Positions 40,478 to 43,905 of a stretch of 43,905 nt of DNA are shown here, piece by piece. Position numbers and translations under genes: made by a program. How positions within the stretch are numbered: position 1 is the first letter of the stretch; each line of letters opens with the position of its first letter. Location: positions 1 through 43,905 of the forward strand of contig JADFGZ010000002.1 in the NCBI GenBank assembly GCA_022567475.1, in the 5' to 3' direction. Source of the stretch: Acidobacteriota bacterium. GTDB lineage: Bacteria > Acidobacteriota > Terriglobia > 2-12-FULL-54-10. The notes under the pieces are model-generated. The model saw only the letters and a program-made list of their open reading frames with translations. It did no database searches and was not told the origin of the DNA.

Positions 40478-40669
40478 CTACTCCACAATCCGAACCAGGT
40501 GGGACACTTTGAAAATCATCCCCCGAATGGAGTCATCGTCGGGCCGCTCGACCACCTGCTGAAGCTTCCGGAAGCCCAATCCGCGCAGCACCAGTTTCTG
40601 TTTCTTGGGAAACCCGATCCCGCTGCGCACCCATTGGATACGGATTGTTTTCGTTTGCTTTTTGGCCAT
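40478..40669 (-). CDS. rpmD: 50S ribosomal protein L30
   Basis: RSGIG, LGFRK and RGMIFKVSHLV; lies before rplO. Confidence 0.95.
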   Translation of the reverse strand: MAKKQTKTIRIQWVRSGIGFPKKQKLVLRGLGFRKLQQVVERPDDDSIRGMIFKVSHLVRIVE

Positions 40670-40895
40670 CCGTTATCTCCCGCGTCCATCTCCCACAGCA
40701 ACCTTCGGCACCCTGTCTCTCACACCTTGTCGCCGCTGACGCTGCTCAGTTTGCCCGAATTTGGGACCCTAGTTTAAGACCCGGGTCTGGGCTTGGCTCG
40801 GGCCCGAGCGGCAATCATGCCCGTGCAGCCATCCCGCCGTCATCAGCCCTGCCTGACAGGCGACTCAGGCTCACATCCCGGAGGAAGACGCCGGG

Positions 40896-41411
40896 CTAGC
40901 GTTCTTGTGCCGGGCGCTCTTGCGACCCGGACGGCGAGCTGGCCGCCGGCTTGCGCGCCCGGAGCTCCATGAGACCTACCATGGTGGCCTTGACAACGTT
41001 GTGCGGGTTGGTCGTACCCAGCGACTTCGTAAAAACATTTTGAATCCCGGCTGACTGCAGCACGGCCCGCACGGGGCCGCCGGCTATTACCCCGGTCCCC
41101 TCCGGAGCCGGTTTCAAGAGCACGGCGCCGGCGCCGAAGTGACCCACGACTTGATGGGGAATGGTGGTGTTGAACAGATTAATTTTCTTCAAGTTCTTCT
41201 TCGCAACCTCGATCCCCTTCCGAATCGCAGACGGAACGTCTTTGGCTTTCCCCATTCCGATGCCCACAATCCCCTGATCCGGGTCGCCGACCACCACCAG
41301 CGCGCTAAAACTCATGTTCTTGCCGCCCTTGACGACCTTGGTCACCCGGTTGATGGAAACCACCTGGTCTTTCAGTTGGAGAGTGGCCGGGTCAATCCGT
41401 TTGCTTTCCAA
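40896..41411 (-). CDS. rpsE: 30S ribosomal protein S5
   Basis: RVTKVVKGG and [12 protein letters not shown]. Confidence 0.97.
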   Translation of the reverse strand: MESKRIDPATLQLKDQVVSINRVTKVVKGGKNMSFSALVVVGDPDQGIVGIGMGKAKDVPSAIRKGIEVAKKNLKKINLFNTTIPHQVVGHFGAGAVLLKPAPEGTGVIAGGPVRAVLQSAGIQNVFTKSLGTTNPHNVVKATMVGLMELRARKPAASSPSGSQERPAQER

Positions 41412-41421
41412 ACTTCCTCCC

Positions 41422-41784
41422 TTAAAATTTCAGTCCGGCTTCCCGGGCGGCATCCGCCAGAGCCTTCACGCGGCCATGGTAACGATACCCGGCCCGGTCA
41501 AAAGCCACCTGGGTAATCCCCTTCTCGACGGCCCGTCCGGCGATCAATTTTCCCGTTTCGCGGGCAGCTGCAATATTTCCGCCGTCCTTCAGCGGAAAAC
41601 CTTTCTCTGCAGAACTGGCAGCGGCCAAGGTGCAACCCCTTCTGTCGTCGATGATCTGAACATAAACGTGCTTGAGCGAACGGAAGACATTCAAGCGGGG
41701 CCGCGCAACTGTCCCCCCGATTTTTTTTCGGATCTTGCGATGAATTTTCTTCCGCGCTTCGTTCCGTCGAACTTGCGTGAACAT
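41422..41784 (-). CDS. rplR: 50S ribosomal protein L18
   Basis: PRLNVFRS and [26 protein letters not shown]. Confidence 0.97.
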   Translation of the reverse strand: MFTQVRRNEARKKIHRKIRKKIGGTVARPRLNVFRSLKHVYVQIIDDRRGCTLAAASSAEKGFPLKDGGNIAAARETGKLIAGRAVEKGITQVAFDRAGYRYHGRVKALADAAREAGLKF

Positions 41785-41818
41785 AATCTAAAACCTGCTC
41801 CGCAGCAGCCCGGGCGGG

Positions 41819-42364
41819 TTATTTCGCGCTGGCGCTAGCCCCGGTCTTGCCTACCTTCTTGCGCAGCACCTCGCCCGCATACCGAATGCCCTTGTTTTTG
41901 TATGGGTCCGGCTTCCTGAGGGAACGGATATCGGCGGCGACCTGTCCCACTTTCTGCTTGTCAATGCCGTTCACAGAAAGCCGGGTTTGCCGCTCCACCG
42001 AAACCTGAATCCCTTCCGGAATCGGAAATTCAACGGGGTGGGAGTATCCCAGGGCGAACAGCAGCATTTTGTCCTTCAACTCAGCCCGGTAGCCGATGCC
42101 CACAATCTCCAAATCCTTCTGAAAACCTTTCGTCACCCCCGTCACGGAGTTGGCCAGCAGGCTGCGGATCAGCCCGTGCTTGGCGGCAAAGGAGTCATTC
42201 CGCCGAAGCGTGACTAATTGATTGTCGTGTTTCTCCACATGGATTCCATCGGGCAGGTTCAGGACGAGCTTTCCTTTAGGACCCTTCACCTCGACGGCAC
42301 GCTCCGCAATGCTCACCTGCACATCGGGCAGCAACGGAATCGGTTTCCTTCCAATACGCGACAT
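41819..42364 (-). CDS. rplF: 50S ribosomal protein L6
   Basis: MSRIGRKPI, GYSHP and PDPYKNKGIRY. Confidence 0.98.
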   Translation of the reverse strand: MSRIGRKPIPLLPDVQVSIAERAVEVKGPKGKLVLNLPDGIHVEKHDNQLVTLRRNDSFAAKHGLIRSLLANSVTGVTKGFQKDLEIVGIGYRAELKDKMLLFALGYSHPVEFPIPEGIQVSVERQTRLSVNGIDKQKVGQVAADIRSLRKPDPYKNKGIRYAGEVLRKKVGKTGASASAK

Positions 42365-42428
42365 CGAAAAACCCCTCGGTATGATCGGCCTGTGCAGCAG
42401 CCGCCGTTCCGCATCCGCGGCAGCGGCG

Positions 42429-42827
42429 CTACCAAACCTCTAACAAAACCTCGCCGCCCACGCCTGCTTTGCGCGCCCGTTTCCCGGTCATCACTCCCTT
42501 GGGAGTGGTAAGAATCGAATTACCCAGCCCGCCCAGAACGGCGTGGATCTCCGAACGAGAAGCGTAGACTCTCCGTCCGGGGCGTGAAATCCGCACCAGG
42601 GTGGAGATCGCCGGCCCCTGGCCGGCGGAATATTTCAAACCAATCCGCAACGTCTTCTTGCGGTTCTCCTCCACCACCTTGTAGCTGGAGAGATAACCTT
42701 CCTCTTTCAGAACCCGGGCAACCTCCGCCTTCAAACGCGAGGACGGCATTCCCACCCTCGGGTGACGGCTTCGGATCGCGTTGCGGATCCGGGTCAGCAT
42801 GTCGGCAATTGGGTCCGTAGTATTCAT
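42429..42827 (-). CDS. rpsH: 30S ribosomal protein S8
   Basis: [20 protein letters not shown] and GVGGEVL. Confidence 0.98.
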   Translation of the reverse strand: MNTTDPIADMLTRIRNAIRSRHPRVGMPSSRLKAEVARVLKEEGYLSSYKVVEENRKKTLRIGLKYSAGQGPAISTLVRISRPGRRVYASRSEIHAVLGGLGNSILTTPKGVMTGKRARKAGVGGEVLLEVW

Positions 42828-42865
42828 AAATGCTCTCGCCTGTACCGGCTATTCTCCGGCAGAGA

Positions 42866-43051
42866 TCACCAACTCGATTTGCGGACGCCCGGTATTTCGC
42901 CCTGCAGCGCCAGCGACCGAAAACACAACCGGCAGATCCCAAACTTCCGCAAAAAGGCGCGCGGCCGTCCGCACAGCTTGCAGCGGTTGTGCTGGCGAAC
43001 CGCAAACTTCGGCTTCTTGCGAGCCTTCGCGATGCTCGATGTTCGTGCCAT
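42866..43051 (-). CDS. rpsZ: 30S ribosomal protein S14, type Z
   Basis: 61 aa, RCKLCGR...CRLCFR...IPGVRKSSW. Confidence 0.95.
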   Translation of the reverse strand: MARTSSIAKARKKPKFAVRQHNRCKLCGRPRAFLRKFGICRLCFRSLALQGEIPGVRKSSW

Positions 43052-43082
43052 TATTTCCTATTCTCTCTCCGCCGGCCCGGCT

Positions 43083-43622
43083 TCAAGGCCGGAACGGAAC
43101 TCCGAGATAGCGCAGCAGCGACCGCGCCTCCTGGTCGGATTTCGCGCCCGTCACGAGCGTAATGTTCATTCCCCGGATCTTGTCCACCTTGGAGTAATCG
43201 ATTTCCGGAAAGATCAACTGATCCCGGATTCCAATGGTGTAGTTTCCCCGCCCGTCAAACGCCTTGGTGGAAAGACCCCGGAAGTCCCTGACACGGGGCA
43301 GCACGATATTGAGCAGGCGGTCCAGGAACTCATACATCCGCCGGCCCCGCAGCGTGACCGAGCAACCGATGGGCACGCCCTGCCGCAGCTTGAAGGCTGC
43401 AATCGACTTCCGGGCCCGGTTCACAATCGGTTTCTGCCCGGTAATGCGGGTCAAATCCTGCGTGGCCCCGTCGAGCAGCTTGATGTTCTGCGTAGCTTCG
43501 CCCACACCTATATTCACTACAACCTTTCGCAACTTCGGGATGGCCATCGGGTTGGGGTATGCGAACTCCTTTTGCATGGCGGGTGCAATTTCTTTCCGGT
43601 ATCTTTCAAGCAGTCGGCTCAT
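43083..43622 (-). CDS. rplE: 50S ribosomal protein L5
   Basis: [24 protein letters not shown] and FDGRGNY. Confidence 0.98.
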   Translation of the reverse strand: MSRLLERYRKEIAPAMQKEFAYPNPMAIPKLRKVVVNIGVGEATQNIKLLDGATQDLTRITGQKPIVNRARKSIAAFKLRQGVPIGCSVTLRGRRMYEFLDRLLNIVLPRVRDFRGLSTKAFDGRGNYTIGIRDQLIFPEIDYSKVDKIRGMNITLVTGAKSDQEARSLLRYLGVPFRP

Positions 43623-43663
43623 GAAATTTCCTTAGCGATCTCCTCTAGGCTGCCCGCTTCCCA

Positions 43664-43905
43664 TCATTGGTCCAGCGTATTGCCGCATTTCCGGCAGGTC
43701 CGAACCTTCTTCCCGTCCGGCAATTTCTGCAAGCGGACGCGGACGGGGCCGCAAGAGGGGCAAAGCAGCATCACATTGGAACGATGGATCGGCGTTTCCC
43801 GCTCCACGATGCCTCCCTTGACGTTCTTCTGCGGATTCGGACGCGTGTGGCGCTTTACCACTTGAACGTGCTCCACCAGAACCCGGTTGCGGGCCAGGTC
43901 CAGGC
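43664..43905 (-). CDS. rplX: 50S ribosomal protein L24, 5'-truncated by the window edge
   Basis: [22 protein letters not shown] and KVRTC; lies before rplE. Confidence 0.93.
   Translation of the reverse strand, partial: LDLARNRVLVEHVQVVKRHTRPNPQKNVKGGIVERETPIHRSNVMLLCPSCGPVRVRLQKLPDGKKVRTCRKCGNTLDQ

Overview
GC-rich bacterial chromosomal window, probably Acidobacteriota (inferred from the RpoA start [12 protein letters not shown], the ClpC start [23 protein letters not shown] and the lysS-lolE-lolD-clpC-bamA order). The housekeeping backbone is pcm, a ThiF/MoeB-family gene, lipA, a two-domain thyX, rpmE, ric, lysS, lolE/D, clpC, bamA, guaB and the distal spc/alpha ribosomal operon (rplX to rplQ). 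In that operon secY and infA are absent from their usual positions. Accessory content: (i) an operon of three tandem QueG/RdhA-like cobalamin/2x[4Fe-4S] reductase paralogs, each with a ~55-aa insert in the second Fe-S motif, which is the best candidate for an undescribed system; (ii) a short BoxB-type di-iron epoxidase paired with a thioredoxin-like [2Fe-2S] ferredoxin, with TGCA-box operators upstream; (iii) a di-iron metallo-beta-lactamase-fold gene bracketed by a 76-bp duplicated terminator; (iv) a class II aldolase/LsrF-like/Zn-dehydrogenase cluster; (v) a 137-bp MITE with an 8-bp target duplication just upstream of lysS; (vi) a Cys-rich methyltransferase-like unknown; (vii) a hybrid sensor kinase preceded by a short tandem repeat. 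No rRNA, tRNA or CRISPR array was recognised. All family calls come from motif recognition by eye, not from database searches.
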